Below are positions 12,401 through 24,742 of a DNA stretch of 64,000 nt, one piece after another. The notes beneath the pieces were generated by a model that saw nothing but the letters and a program-made list of their open reading frames with translations, ran no database searches and had not been told where the DNA came from. Each line of letters opens with the position of its first letter. Position 1 is the first letter of the stretch. Position numbers and translations under genes: made by a program. The DNA is from Hemiscyllium ocellatum. Its lineage: Eukaryota. The stretch covers positions 3,534,001 to 3,598,000 of the forward strand of contig NW_026867487.1 in assembly GCF_020745735.1 (NCBI RefSeq), read 5' to 3'.

Positions 12401-13390
12401 TGGTATCTGAACCAATTGTTTCTCAAGAGAGATTGGAACCTCAGATGTACCTTAAGGTTCTCAGTTTCTCCAATATGTTACACAAACGTAAGGTTTGGAG
12501 TTCAGGATGAAATCTGTTAAAGACTGATTCTGTAATAGCTGATACATCTGCGGCAGGATCAAACTATATTAGAACCAGGTGACCATTTAACCGAAAGTTT
12601 ATTTTGATTGGTTCTGATTTGCTGTTGGCAGAAGTGAGGTCTGCAGATGAACGGCTCTCTCCCAAATCGTCGACTTTCCTGCTCCTTGGATGATGCCTGA
12701 TCTGCTGTGCTTTTCCATCTGCACATTCCCAACTCTCGTTTGTTTTTGCCAAGCAATTGTACTGTTTGAAGTCAGCTCAAGGTGAACTTTCTAGCGTGTG
12801 CACACTCCTGGATGCCGGGGTTCGAGTTGTCATATTCAATTTTGCTGTCTCTTTTGCAAACCGCCCACCACTTTAATTGTGCGGCCCGCCCGAACTCTCG
12901 AGGAAATGTTAACCGTTTGGCTAAAGCTTGGTTTTATTTTGTGGTTTTGCTGTGGTCTGACCTAAAGTACGTCTCTTCAGGATATGTCCCCATTAATGCC
13001 ATGCAATTTTCTTTAGTCAAGTGATATTTCCTAAGCTTTGTCGTTCTGGAGAGTGTGCCCAATTCCGCTGAGATACCCTTTTACTCTTAAGCTCTATTTT
13101 CCACATTTTCTAATGATAAAGCCAGTTGCAGTACCTGTCATAAGTCCAGTTGGGCAACGGTTAGTCGGTGTTTATGCACGGTCACAATATCACTCCCGCC
13201 TACCAAATGGTCTTTTAATATCTCATTTCGGTTTAAATAAAAAAAATACCTCTGCCACTTGAGTTAGCGTCGTCAAACCCCTCGATAAGGAGTCTCCTGG
13301 TTCTCCAACTGCCAAATAAAAACAACAGCATCTCAGTGAGACAGAACCACAATTCAAAGTTGAAGGAAGCTGAAGCTGCTCCCTTCTTGT
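9472..13390 (-). mobile_element. Second copy of the decayed Gypsy element, produced by the tandem duplication
   Basis: Same domains in the same order (protease LNGHLVLI.FDPAADVS ~12530-12590). PPT GGGAGGGGGGA at 9615-9625. Confidence 0.85.
12625..12742 (+). mobile_element. Short Penelope-type terminal repeat inserted in unit 2 only
   Basis: CTGCTCCTTGGATGATGCCTGATCTGCTGTGCTTTTCCA motif, shared with 18660-18720. Absent at paralogous ~6275. Confidence 0.65.
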
Positions 13391-13404
13391 GCGGGAGATA
13401 ATAG

Positions 13405-13680
13405 TCTCCTGGTAGTATCGTTAGACTGTTAACCCTGAAACTAAAATTCTGGCGACCCTGGTTCGAGTCTTTCAGCAGCACATAGTGGAATTTCTATTCG
13501 TTCGTAAATTACTGGAGTTAAGAATATACTGATGACCATGAAACCATAGTCCATAGGTTTAAAAAGATTGTGCTCACGTATAGCCTTCAGGAAAGGAAAT
13601 CTGTTGCAATTACCTGGTCTGACATACATCTGACTCCAGACGCCCAGAGATATGGTTGACTCCACCTGCAATGTAAATGG
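13405..13680 (+). mobile_element. Duplicated copy of the same SINE
   Basis: Colinear with 6935-7200. Confidence 0.7.
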
Positions 13681-14341
13681 ATTCGCCAACCACTCGGCTG
13701 AAAAGCAGCTGTGGACTGCCAATAAATGCTTGCAAACAAACAAAACAATATGTCACAACTGACAAAAAAAATCTCATCCGAGTGTTCTGTGAGGAACCAA
13801 CAGAGGGACACAGATGTAACGGAGGCAGAATGCACAGAAAAAAAAACAATACATGGCTACGATGAGGGTGGGATTGGTAAATGCTCAATACTGACAGATA
13901 CCGTTGAGATTGAGTTCAGTGACGTAACAGGTGGGATTTAAAGTGTAGCACTTGGGATTCAAGGGTTTTGGTGTGGTCACGAGTTCACAATTTAGTGGTA
14001 CATGGCAGGTCATTTTTAACTGAGTATTACAATTATGACAGTAAATTGTGCAAAGAAAACAGTGTTCAGATTATGGCTACTTGGAATCTCGCGAATTATT
14101 TATCATGGATTGAAACCAATGTATCTGAATGCTCGTTCTCCACATTAAAGAGAATAACAGTAACCCACCTCGGGGTGTGCCAATTCACTGAGAATTAGTT
14201 CTCTATCCATGCTCTCACTGCATGTTAGCGACACAACACAGCAATACGTACACATTCAGAGTCCTGGCAGGAGCTTACTGAGAGCGAGTTTTTAGTATTT
14301 TTTTTCCTCCAAATTTCTAAATGCCCTGCGCACAGAAGACA

Positions 14342-14627
14342 ATGTCAGTGCAGGTACTCAACGTCGACGTTTGTCGGTAGCATTCCTCCCGGGGAAGTTT
14401 TCAAGAAATGTACAGTATTCTACTACCGACAATGCAGCCCGTCATGTTGTGAGAAATAAAAACCTATGGTTTTCACGACTGAAGTACGTTTCTGTGCACA
14501 AATTCAAACTTCAAATGCAACGTCCTCTTTACCTATCGCTTAGGTTCAGCTGACTGACCCTGCCTGTACTGCTACACTTTCTGGAACTCACTGTGAGTAA
14601 AGACATCTCACCCTGTTAAAAATAAGC
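14342..14627 (+). pseudogene. Decayed, internally deleted V segment (pseudo-V2), paralog of pseudo-V1
   Basis: Colinear with 7802-8271 but lacks ~190 nt (intron, FR1, CDR1). Retains Y-Y-R-Q, V-Q-L-T-D-P-A, ...T-F-W, heptamer CACTGTG 14589-14595, 23 nt, degenerate nonamer AAAATAAGC 14619-14627. Confidence 0.7.
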
Positions 14628-15313
14628 TCGTGTGGCATTATGAAGTCTTATTTTGAAGTTTGTGTACAATTCTGGGCAGTTACAATGTGCTAGCAGGAGC
14701 TGGGATGAGCACGCCCATTGAGAGGAAGCCAAACTAACCTCGGATCAGACTGTCATTTATCTGCTGAGGAAGTAACCTGCTGAGTCTGACCATCGCACAG
14801 ACACAGAACAAAATTGTATAGTTAACTTTCATTCATTCACTGTTATTTCATAATTGTGTTCTTCTGTTTCTGCTTTCTTCTTTCTAACTTTTAACTTTTG
14901 TACACCTGCCCTTGCACACTTTCCAGTAATTGTTTATTTCTTTTTGCGACATGAAAGGTTATCAGTAGTTACATCGCAACACATGTCAATCACTTTTTGA
15001 GTAATGCGATGAAGAAAAGAGGGAGGAGCCAGTCACGAAATAAACTAAACCCCGCAGTGTGGTGACTTACCACTCTGTGTCTTTTCTTCCTTCTATATCT
15101 ACTGAATATGTTTTCTAACTGATGCAGTTTAATGGACTTCGAGAAAGTACAGCAAAATAATTTAGATCTATTGCTTCAACCCCGTCAATGTATTCCTTTC
15201 AACTCCCAATATTATTCCCTGCTAGACAGTTCCTCCCTTTACATTAATAGATTGTAACGTCTACTCGACCCCTTCTTTCAGTGGTGTGTCAGTTGTGCAT
15301 AATTGTTGCTACG

Positions 15314-15744
15314 ATGTACAATAGTCTTGTCATTTTATCATTGATTTTAGGTAGGTTTGGCTTTGGATTAAGTTTTTGGCGAGGCTATTATACTTTGTAA
15401 CACAGTACAGTAATTAAACTGCAGTTCTTTTATATTTCAGGTGATGTTCGTTCAAATTCGGTCACACAACCTCGGACAGCACTCTCTGTGACTGAAGGCG
15501 ATGGTGTGATTGTAGACTGCAGCTACACAACAGACCATTCAAACCCTGACCTATATTGGTACAGACAGTATTCGAATCAGGTTCTTGACTTCATTTTATA
15601 TCGGGATATCAATCAAAAAGAGGATGCAGATTTTGTCAATGGAAGATTTGAGGCCAATCAAACAAATGCAGAAAAGAGGTTTCCTTTAAAGATCACACGA
15701 TCAGAAATACAGGACACTGCTGTATATTACTGCGGGTTGAAATA
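15314..15744 (+). CDS. TRAV: TCR alpha/delta-type V gene segment V2 (family A, paralog of V1), apparently intact. Leader exon 15314-15350, intron 15351-15440, V exon 15441-15744
   Basis: Leader MYNSLVILSLILG and a 90-nt GT-AG intron. V exon NSVTQPRTALSVTEGDGVIVDC...WYRQY...DTAVYYCGLKY is open and in frame. Confidence 0.93.
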
Positions 15745-15783
15745 CACAGTGGTTTAAAACTCTCCTAGTGTTGTACAAAAACC
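15745..15783 (+). other. 23-RSS of V2 (perfect consensus)
   Basis: CACAGTG 15745-15751, 23-nt spacer, ACAAAAACC 15775-15783. Confidence 0.97.
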
Positions 15784-16189
15784 TCAGTGACATAGAACTG
15801 CTATAGATTTTGGCAAAGGAATATGCTCTACTTTCTAAGCGTCATTTGAAACTTAGGAAGATTCGTTTTTCATCAGAATTAAATTGTATTATGTGCAAGT
15901 CTCACTCAAGATCTCACAATCTATAATTTAAAGCTGATGCTCGAGTGTCAGAAGAGAGGGAATATGAAGTTTGTGTGGTTGTCACCATTCGACTAAATTG
16001 CAACACTCAAGTCCCAACTGACGTTTATATAGAATACCCACAGCCAAAATTTTTGAAATTAAGAGCAAAATTTTCGCAGTTACAACGAGTATGTCATTAT
16101 TTCTCAAACAAAACCAAGAGCAGAAGACACTTATGGAAAGCCTTGCACGTGTAGCTGACACATTTCCTACATTGTAATGGAGTAGATTT

Positions 16190-17720
16190 CAGATTTAGCA
16201 AATTACCATGATTTTTGCCACGCCTCTACAGTTGTTCAGAGAGGCTAACACAAATTGGAACAACGTCTCATCTTCCACCTGGAGGCGTAACAGCCTGCAG
16301 GACTCAACATTAGGGAAAATTGCTGTGCTTGACCAGTTTTACTCAAGTATTTATCTACTTTCACATCTCTGGACTAGTCATTAAAACAATTGCTTTCAGT
16401 GCGGCCAACCGACTTTCACCTTCTCAGAATCTGCAGCATTTCCTGTCAAAACGTGTGTCACTGGAAAAGCACAGTAGGTCAAATAGCATTCAAGGAGCAG
16501 GAGATTCAACGTTACAGACATAATCCCTTCATCAGGAATATGGAATAGGAAGTTGGATGCGAAATAAATAAGGGTTACGGTTGGGACTGGGGGATGATAC
16601 GTAGGAAGGCGATAGGTCGATGCAGGTGGAATTTAATTTTGATGTTCGGTGGGGAGGGTGGAGTGGATAGGTGAGAAGGAAGATGGACTGGTAAAACAGG
16701 TCAAGAGGATGCTGCTGAGTTGTAATTTTGAATTTAAGAGAATGTGGGGAAGTGGAGATTTCAAAACTGGTGAAGACAATGTTGATGCAACGTGGTTGGA
16801 AGGTGCCAAGGTGGAAAGATGAGGTGCTCTTCCTTCAGTTATTGGGTGGGTTTGGACGTGCATGTCGTTGGGGTGAGTGGGATGGGGGAGTTGAAGTCAT
16901 TGGCCACAGGATGGTGAGGTTGTTTGATGCGGTAATCCCAGAGATGTTCCATGTACTGCTCTGTGAATTGGCATCCTGTCTGCAGCAGACTTGGAATTAT
17001 CCTTGAGGGCTTTTGATGGAGGTGATGGGGTAGGTATAGACGCAGGTTTTATATCTAGTGTGGCGGCAACGTAATGTACTGAGTATGTGTAGGGTGGACT
17101 GGTGGTGGTGAGGAGGTGTAACCATAACAAGGGATTCGTGGAGAGAATGGTCTCTGCAGAACGCAGGTAGTGGTTGGAAGAAATTATATCTTTGGTGGTG
17201 TGGTCTGACTGAAGATGGAGGAAATAGCAGAGGATTTCACATGCATTGGGACATTCATGGAGTCGAAGGTGAGGGCTAATGGTGTTTGTATCCTTCTTGC
17301 AATTGGTTGGTGGTGGATAGGTGGATACAAGTGGGAGTTATTTGTGATAGCTGTGGAGAGGGTGGAGTGGATATATGGGAACATGGATAATGGGCATTTG
17401 GAACAGGTCTAGAGGGTTGTGGCAAGTTGGAGGTTTGAATCTGAAATGAGGTGGGGAAAGATGAAACAGGTTATGCCTTCACACCTGCCTCGCCCCCAGC
17501 TCCACGCTCACACTCCTATTTATTTCTCCGCACCTTTCCCCTTCGTCACATTCTGATGAAGTGCTTATGACCACAATGCTGACTCTTCTGCTTCTCGAAT
17601 GCTGGCTGTCCTGCTGTCCTTTTCCAGTGTCATTCTTTTCGACTCTGATTCTTCAGCATCTTTATTCCTGACGTCCTCCAACTCCAGTATCAACTACCTA
17701 GCATCTCTTCTTCCCTGAAT
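16190..17720. mobile_element. Cluster of decayed Penelope-like element fragments
   Basis: Plus-strand KLEQRLIFHL..QPAGLN near 16250-16310, terminal repeat 16455-16540, and a purine-rich minus-strand body including LRRDHSLHESLV near 17130-17160. Confidence 0.65.
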
Positions 17721-18362
17721 TAGAGATATACTTACTTGCAGCAATCAATTTGTCTGCCTAAACTTCTCTCTCTCTCTGATATCCCTCTGCACCAATGTTC
17801 TATCACCTTTTTGCCACCCACTAAATATCATCAGCATAAATATAACTTTCTCCGAATTTTTTCATTTTTCAAGGCACCTCCTTATAGGCCAATAGATTTA
17901 TGTAAGATCACAAACTTTTGAATGCCACCATTTCATCAGCTGAAGTGGATGCACGTTCCAGGTGCTTCCCTCCACACCACGAGATGAAGGAAAAGTGCTC
18001 GGAAAGCTTTTGATGTTACCTAAACTTGTTGTATTATAACTGGGTGCCATGTGACTTCCGATTTTTTTAAACTCCAGTTCAACACCGGCATCGCCTACTA
18101 TTGCAGTGGAATGATCAACATGGTGTTGTAGCTCCCTCTGTTGACGAAATGCAGTAAAACATAAACGCCTGGCTGTGAAGTCATGGTGCTTAAATTAACG
18201 GAAAATCACATTTCACATTTATGCCCCATTGGAATTATCTTTGCTGTTCCTATTCTGACATCACTTAGTACATATGAGCGTACCAAATTCAGTTTGAATC
18301 GTCCTTACTCTCTGTGTTTGTCTCTCATGATCCAGACTGTAAATGGTTGGGAATACATTTAG

Positions 18363-18760
18363 GATCCTGAAGGAACCGTCCAACTACAAGGGATGAACTC
18401 AGACCTCTCCAGTTTCCTCACTTCTCCTCCCCCACCTTGTCTCAGCCCTAACCCTCGAACTCAGCACCACCTTCCTAACCTGCAATCTTCTTCCTGACGT
18501 CTCCGCCCCCACCCCTTCTCCCACGTATCACCTTCACCTTAACCTCCTTCCACCTATCGCATTTCCAACGCCCCTCACCCAAGTCCCTCCTCCCTACCTT
18601 TTATCTTAGTCTGCTTGGCACACTTTCTTCATTCCTGATGAAGGGCTCATGCCCGAAACGTCGATTCTCCTGTTCCTTGGATGCTGCCTGACCTGCTGCG
18701 CTTTTCCAGCAACACATTTTCAGCTCTGATGTCCAGCATCTGCATTCCTCACTTTCTCCA
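18363..18760 (+). mobile_element. Penelope-like element 3' end with terminal repeat
   Basis: QLQGMNSDLSSF-like end, pyrimidine-rich UTR, CCTGATGAAGGGCTCATGCCCGAAACGTCGATTCTCCTG...GCTGCCTGACCTGCTGCGCTTTTCCAGC. Confidence 0.75.
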
Positions 18761-19329
18761 TTAAAATGTCCACACAACGATGCAATAATGATTTGAATCT
18801 TCAGTTTATATTTGTCACAGAACAAAGCGAGTTCTTTTGGAAATTATGAACGCCCCTCTCAAAGCAACATTGATTTAGGGAGCTCAGTGAAATAGCAGCA
18901 CTGGGGAAGTAGGATTTTCTGCACTTTGTACTTTCACATACACTGTAGAGTAACAGAGACTAGAAAACAGAGATAATGTATTGAGATGCAAAATAAAGGA
19001 CGAAAACTCAGAAAAAAGAAACAGCAATGAGAAGAGAGGGAGAGAGAGCCAGAGGCATCAGAGACAGAAAGGCAGAAGGAGACAAGGAAATAGACATTTA
19101 AAAAACTGCTTGGTGCCCAATGCCTGTCAATACCACTTGAGATACCAATTAATCTCATTCCACAGAGTGATTTTTTGTTGTTGATGGCAGCTCGTTGCGT
19201 TTCAGAACGACATCTGCAAAAGATTCCACAGAAACCAAATGGATACAACTCACACCATCATCATACCCCATACCCCACTTATGCTCGACCGCACTTATTT
19301 CCAGGTGAAGTATGCTATCCCAATAAAAC

Positions 19330-21150
19330 TAATAACAAAGGACATTACAGTTCATGAACAGATCCTTCAGCCGACAAGCCTGCGCTGATCCAGATAGTCT
19401 ATCTAAATATGCTGCATAGTTTCTAAGGCTCTGTATCCCTTTGTTCCTTACGCATTCATTTATCGATTTAGATACATCTTAAATGACGCTATCATTCCCG
19501 CCCCACCACCTCCGCTGGTAATGCATTCCAGGCACCCACCACCCTCTACGTGAACAACTTTCGCTTGCTATCTCACCTAAACGTTTCTCCTCTCACTCGA
19601 GTAATTTAGTCCTCCACTCTGGGAAAAAAAGTTTCTTGCTATCTACGCTGACTGCACCTCTCATGATTTTATGGTCCTCAGTCAGTTCCCCCTCAACCTC
19701 CGTCTTTCCAATGAAATAATCCTCTTCTACGCAACCTCTCCACGTAGCGGCACTCTCATACCAGTCAACATCCTAGCAAACCTCCTCTACGCCATGTTCA
19801 AAGCATCCACATACATTTGGTAATGTTTGACCAGAACTGTATGCAGTATTCCAAAAGTGATCGAACCAAAGTCTTACACAACTGCAACATGACCTGCCAA
19901 CTCTTGTATTCAGTACCCCATCCGATGAAGGAAAGCATGCCATATGCCATCTTGACTACTCTACTGACCTGCATTAACACGTTCAGTGAACAATGGACCT
20001 GAACAACTAGATCTCTCTGTTACATCAATTTTTCCCACGACGTTTTCATTTACTGAAGAGTTCACTCTTGAATTCGATCTTCCAAAATGCACCATCACAT
20101 TTGTTCGGATTGAACTCCATCTGCCATATCTCGACCCAACTCTCCAATCAATTTATATTCTGCTTATTCTGTAACAGTCCACTCCACTATCTGCTATTTC
20201 ACCAATCTTAGTTTCATGTATAAACTTGCTAATCAGGCAACCCACACCTTCATCCGAATCATTTATGTACATGACAAACAACAGTGGTCCCAGCACAGAT
20301 CCCTGTGGAACATCACTTGGCACAGGTCTCCATTTTGAGAAGCGTCCTTCCACTTCTCCTCTCTGTCTCCTGTTACCCAACCAGTACTCTATCAATCTAG
20401 CCGGACCCTCCTGGACCCTATGCGACTTCACCTTCTCCATCAGCATACCGTAAGGAACTTTGTCAAACATCTTACTGAAGTCCATGTATATGACATCTAC
20501 ATCCTCTCCCTCGTCAATCAACTTTCTCACCTCTTCAAATAATTCTATTATGATTGTGAGACATGACTTTCCCTGCACAAAACCTTGCAGCCGGTTGCTG
20601 ATAAGCCCACTTTCTTCCAAATGACTTTGTACCCTATCCCTCAGTATCATCTCTAGTATCTTCCCTACCACTGACTCAGGCTCATAGTTCTGCAATTGTC
20701 TGGGTTATCCCTGCTAACCTTCTTAACCAAAGGGATAGCATTAGCAATTTTCTGGTCGTTTGGGACCGTCCCCGTGTTCAGGGACGCTTCAAAGATATCT
20801 GTTGTATCCACAACCTCTCTCGCTTCCATCACCAACGTGGGATAGATCCCATCTGGACTTGGGAACTTGCCCACCTTAATGCCTTTTAGAATACCCAATA
20901 CTTCCTTCCTCCGTCTGTCAACTTGAGCTAGAATAATAAAAATCTATCCCTAACCTCAACATCTGCCATGTCCCTCTCCTCAAAAGAATACTGATGTAAA
21001 GTACTTATTGAGCATTTCACTCATTTTTTCTCTGACTCAACGTATATATTTCCACCTTTGTCTTGAGTGGGCCAACCCTTTCCCTAGTTACTGTCTTGCT
21101 TCTTATATATGAATAAAGGATTCTGGGATTTTTTCTTAACCCTGCACGTT
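19330..21150 (-). mobile_element. CR1 LINE fragment (RT)
   Basis: ORF 20153-20695 contains DVIYMDFSKMFDKVP and VPQGSVLGPLLFVMYIND. ORF 19798-19980 contains KTLVRSLLEYCIQFWS. Confidence 0.92.
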
Positions 21151-21794
21151 AAGGATGAAATATTGTTTTGTACCTTAATAAATTTCAGAGCTCAGGAACA
21201 CACAACAGTGTTATCGAGCTCAGAAGATAGGTAGTTAAACTGTTGAGTTCAATGCAGTTCTCGATATCAATTACCTTAGGGATGACTCTGCACTATTTAT
21301 TCAGGCTGAGATTTCTTTTCGTGCAGTGGTCAAGTCTCTGCCTTTGGGTTCTATATGGCTACTTTTAAATCCCACCAAATTGAGACATATGTCATCATGC
21401 CACATGAATAATCATGTTGATTAACGGAGCACACAAATAAGAGGAGTGCAGCTGTTGCCAATATCAGACTAAAATGCAATCATTTATTCTATTATCAAAG
21501 TGGCATAAAGCTAGATGGGAGGGCGATCTATAGTGAGCATTTAGAGATTCTTCATTGTGATTTTCATAGCTTGAGACAGTGAATAAATACATGGTCCACA
21601 AAATAAAACGTGAGTAGACGTGTATTATACAATTTTCTACCAAAAAAATAGAAGTGGGATGAAATATGAAAGGTGGGATTCATGGCGCAGAACCAATGCA
21701 CCCTATCCACTATGTATAAGGGATCTTCAATTACGTATTATGCTTCGTTCTTTACTTTGACACAGACGAGAACACAGCACATTCATAAGGCCAG

Positions 21795-21930
21795 TGAGGT
21801 CTGGCCTACATGTGACTCCACAGCCACAACAATGTCATTGACTCTTACCTTCCCTTTGCGCAATTAGGAATACACAATAGATCCTGGTTCAGCCAGTGAC
21901 GCCCACATCCCAAAAATGAATAAGAGAAAA
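21795..21930 (+). mobile_element. SacSINE1/DeuSINE-like SINE 3' fragment
   Basis: CTGGCCTACATGTGACTCCACAGCC core and AGCCAGTGACGCCCACATCCC tail. Confidence 0.65.
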
Positions 21931-24262
21931 AAAGAACCAAGTCAATCAATTCAGTCATAATCTAATTCACAACATTCAGCTTTTCAAGAAGATGAAGATG
22001 TTTCATTGGGAAAACCGTTCAGTCAGATCACATGCCTTTATTTATGACAGTGTGACTTAGGGATAATGTAAGTGTTGGTTGGTGCTTTCATGAGTGGGAA
22101 ATAATCTGATTGAACCTGTGTTCAGTGCATTCATTCGTATGGCTGGGCATCAAGGATCTTGCATTTACGAAATGAACAATGAATGGCTGTTTGGAACAGC
22201 AGTCGCCAATATCTGCAGCAGCAGGGAATTCGTGAGTGTCATGCCAGAATATTGCTGCTTTCCTTGTTTTACTTCACTGTGCAGCTAATAAACTGTGAAC
22301 CATACATTCACTTCTTTGAATCCATCAACTTTGTAAAGTTCCAGTGGTGTAAATGGTAAATGCCTGGTGCATCAGTTTGACTCTCATTACTCGTGTAATA
22401 AAAATCCATCAAAAAATGGAAGCACCTCGAAGCTTTTCATTGGTTAACAGTTATTTTCGAGGTGAATCAGCCTGATTCTGGGTGCTTCCTTGGTCATAGC
22501 TCTGTCCCACTAAATCAACAACGTAAAATTCCAGTTCGTCATTTTGCTTCCTAGTTTATGTCCAGTTGATTATTTTTTTCCTGTTCTTCCCTCTCATCTG
22601 TTATGTTTCCACTGTTGATTTTCAGCGAAGAGCAACAGAAACGCAGTGCCTCAATCATGATGCAGAGTCGAAGTTGTAAAGGACAAAGTTTCAGTAATTT
22701 CATTTAGGCACCATGTTACTCGTTCACTTACAACCATGATCTATTCTAGTGTTTCCAGCATCTGCACAGATCTCTTGAATATAAGTTTAGAGACTCAAGT
22801 TTTGACAATGATGATGCAACTCCTGGATTTAAAAATCTTAACAGCAAATTCAACCCGGCATAATTACTTTTCACCTCTCCATGTATGTCGTGACATTGCC
22901 AGATACCCTCATGTGTTTCTGCACACTGGTTCCCTCAGTGAATGAGAGAACCTAGGATCTCACAAAAAATCTGATTCAATTCAATGATCAAGAATCATCG
23001 TCAGGAACACACTGGACCACATCCCAAAGAATATGTACAAAAAAAAACGGATGTGATGGTAGGCCCTGACGTGTTTTCCCTCATTGTATCCGATACTTGA
23101 CAGAGTTGGTAACGTGGAATTTGTTGATCATTTTAATCAATGAATCCTCTCAAATCTTTCCCGAACATCATAGTGTAACAACGGAAAGAGTGAGCATTGG
23201 TCAGTATGAAACATCAAATATTCTGGTCGGACTTAAATGTAAAGGGGTCCAAAGATATTTTCACTCATTATGGAATCTCAATCTTGGGACATATTTTAAA
23301 GTCTAATAACAGTCCAATTAAATGAAGATTGGACAAAGTTGATTTTAGGGGAATTAAAATTGTCAACAATCGTTCGTCTTTGGAAGTCCTTTCAGTGGAA
23401 TTTACTTTTTGTTGAATATATTAAAGACGGATTTCGCCACAATTTTCGACTACAAGGGAAAATATGATGATGGACTGCAGGCAGGAAAGCAGGCCTCGTT
23501 TAGATCAGTCATTTTCGATTTAAATGGAGAAGTGGGTCGAGGTGTCTAGTTTCACCTTCCTGCATTTTCCTTACTGTTTTTAGAAGATGCCTCAGTGAAA
23601 AGATAACCCATATGTTCCAATATGATTCCTGAACCTGCTGTCCATCAGTCGAAGGATATCTTTATCAGCTGATCACATGTCCAAGGAGGTCCAACGGCTG
23701 ATGGATTCTGAAGTTTTTCAGATAAGAATAGTGACTGAGTAAATTCAGCAATCTATCAGCAATGCATGACCGTTCTAGGCAGTAATTCCGTTCACAATCC
23801 GGCCACTGCTTATCATTTCCTTTCAGAGACTATACAGTAAAAATGACTTGAGTAGCAGTCATATCAGCCAGTATCTGTACATGCCGTAAACTATGAATTA
23901 TTCATTCTTTTTACCTTGCATTTGGATAAACATTTACTTTTCTAAAGATAGAGGCATTGGATTTCAAAAGAAATGAGAGAAAGATAGTTAAATCGAGGAA
24001 GAGATACAGAATGCCTGAAAATGCTTGATCAAGGGATGAAAATAACACGAAATCAACAAGGGATGCGATTGGACGGACTTACTTGCCTTTCACCGTCAGT
24101 TAATTGTGATTGGTCCAAAATTGATGTCGAATCTGAGAATTGAACAAATGGCAGCGCGGAAATGTCTGCTCAGTTTCCTAATATGTAACGGCAGCCCTTG
24201 AGTTACTTTCAGTTGCTGGTATCAGATGAGAAGACACAACATTTGCTTTTGAGCCAGATATC

Positions 24263-24703
24263 ATGAATTCATTGTATTGTCCTCTCATAATAATAATCTT
24301 GCTGTCTGGTAAGTCAAAATTTAAATCGTCATTGTGGGTTTCCTCAAAGATAAGTGCACAAAGGATTGACACATCGTATGTGTTTCATTTTTGCAGGAAT
24401 AAGTGGCCAAGATTCAGTTTCCCAACATCTGCCTGAAATAACAATAGAGGAAAATCAGACCGTAACATTTAACTGTACTTATTCCACAAAGTATAGTGGG
24501 GAAACTCTCTTCTGGTACATCCAGTATCCAGGAAAATCTCCAAAATATATCCTGAAGATATACAACAAGGATGAAGGGGAGAAGTCTTCTCATTTTTCCG
24601 ACCGGTTTACTGCATATTTGGACAAAGAAAAGAAAATAGTCCAATTATATATTTCAGCGGTTCATATCTCTGACTCCAGCATGTATCTCTGTGCGCTGAG
24701 GCC
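24263..24703 (+). CDS. TRAV: TCR alpha/delta-type V gene segment V3 (family B), apparently intact. Leader exon 24263-24308, intron 24309-24396, V exon 24397-24703
   Basis: Leader MNSLYCPLIIIILLSG, GTAAGT donor, ttgcAG acceptor. V exon QDSVSQHLPEITIEENQTVTFNC...WYIQYPG...DRF...DSSMYLCALRP is open. The CALR ending is TRAV/TRDV-like. Confidence 0.92.
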
Positions 24704-24742
24704 CACATTGATACAGAGGCACACTCAGCCCGCACAAAAAAC
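24704..24742 (+). other. 23-RSS of V3
   Basis: Heptamer CACATTG 24704-24710, 23-nt spacer, nonamer ACAAAAAAC 24734-24742. Confidence 0.9.

Larger units (their letters stand above)
9470..15840 (+). repeat. Tandem duplication unit 2 (Gypsy remnant, SINE, pseudo-V2, V2)
   Basis: Begins immediately after unit 1 ends, with the same order of elements. Confidence 0.9.
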
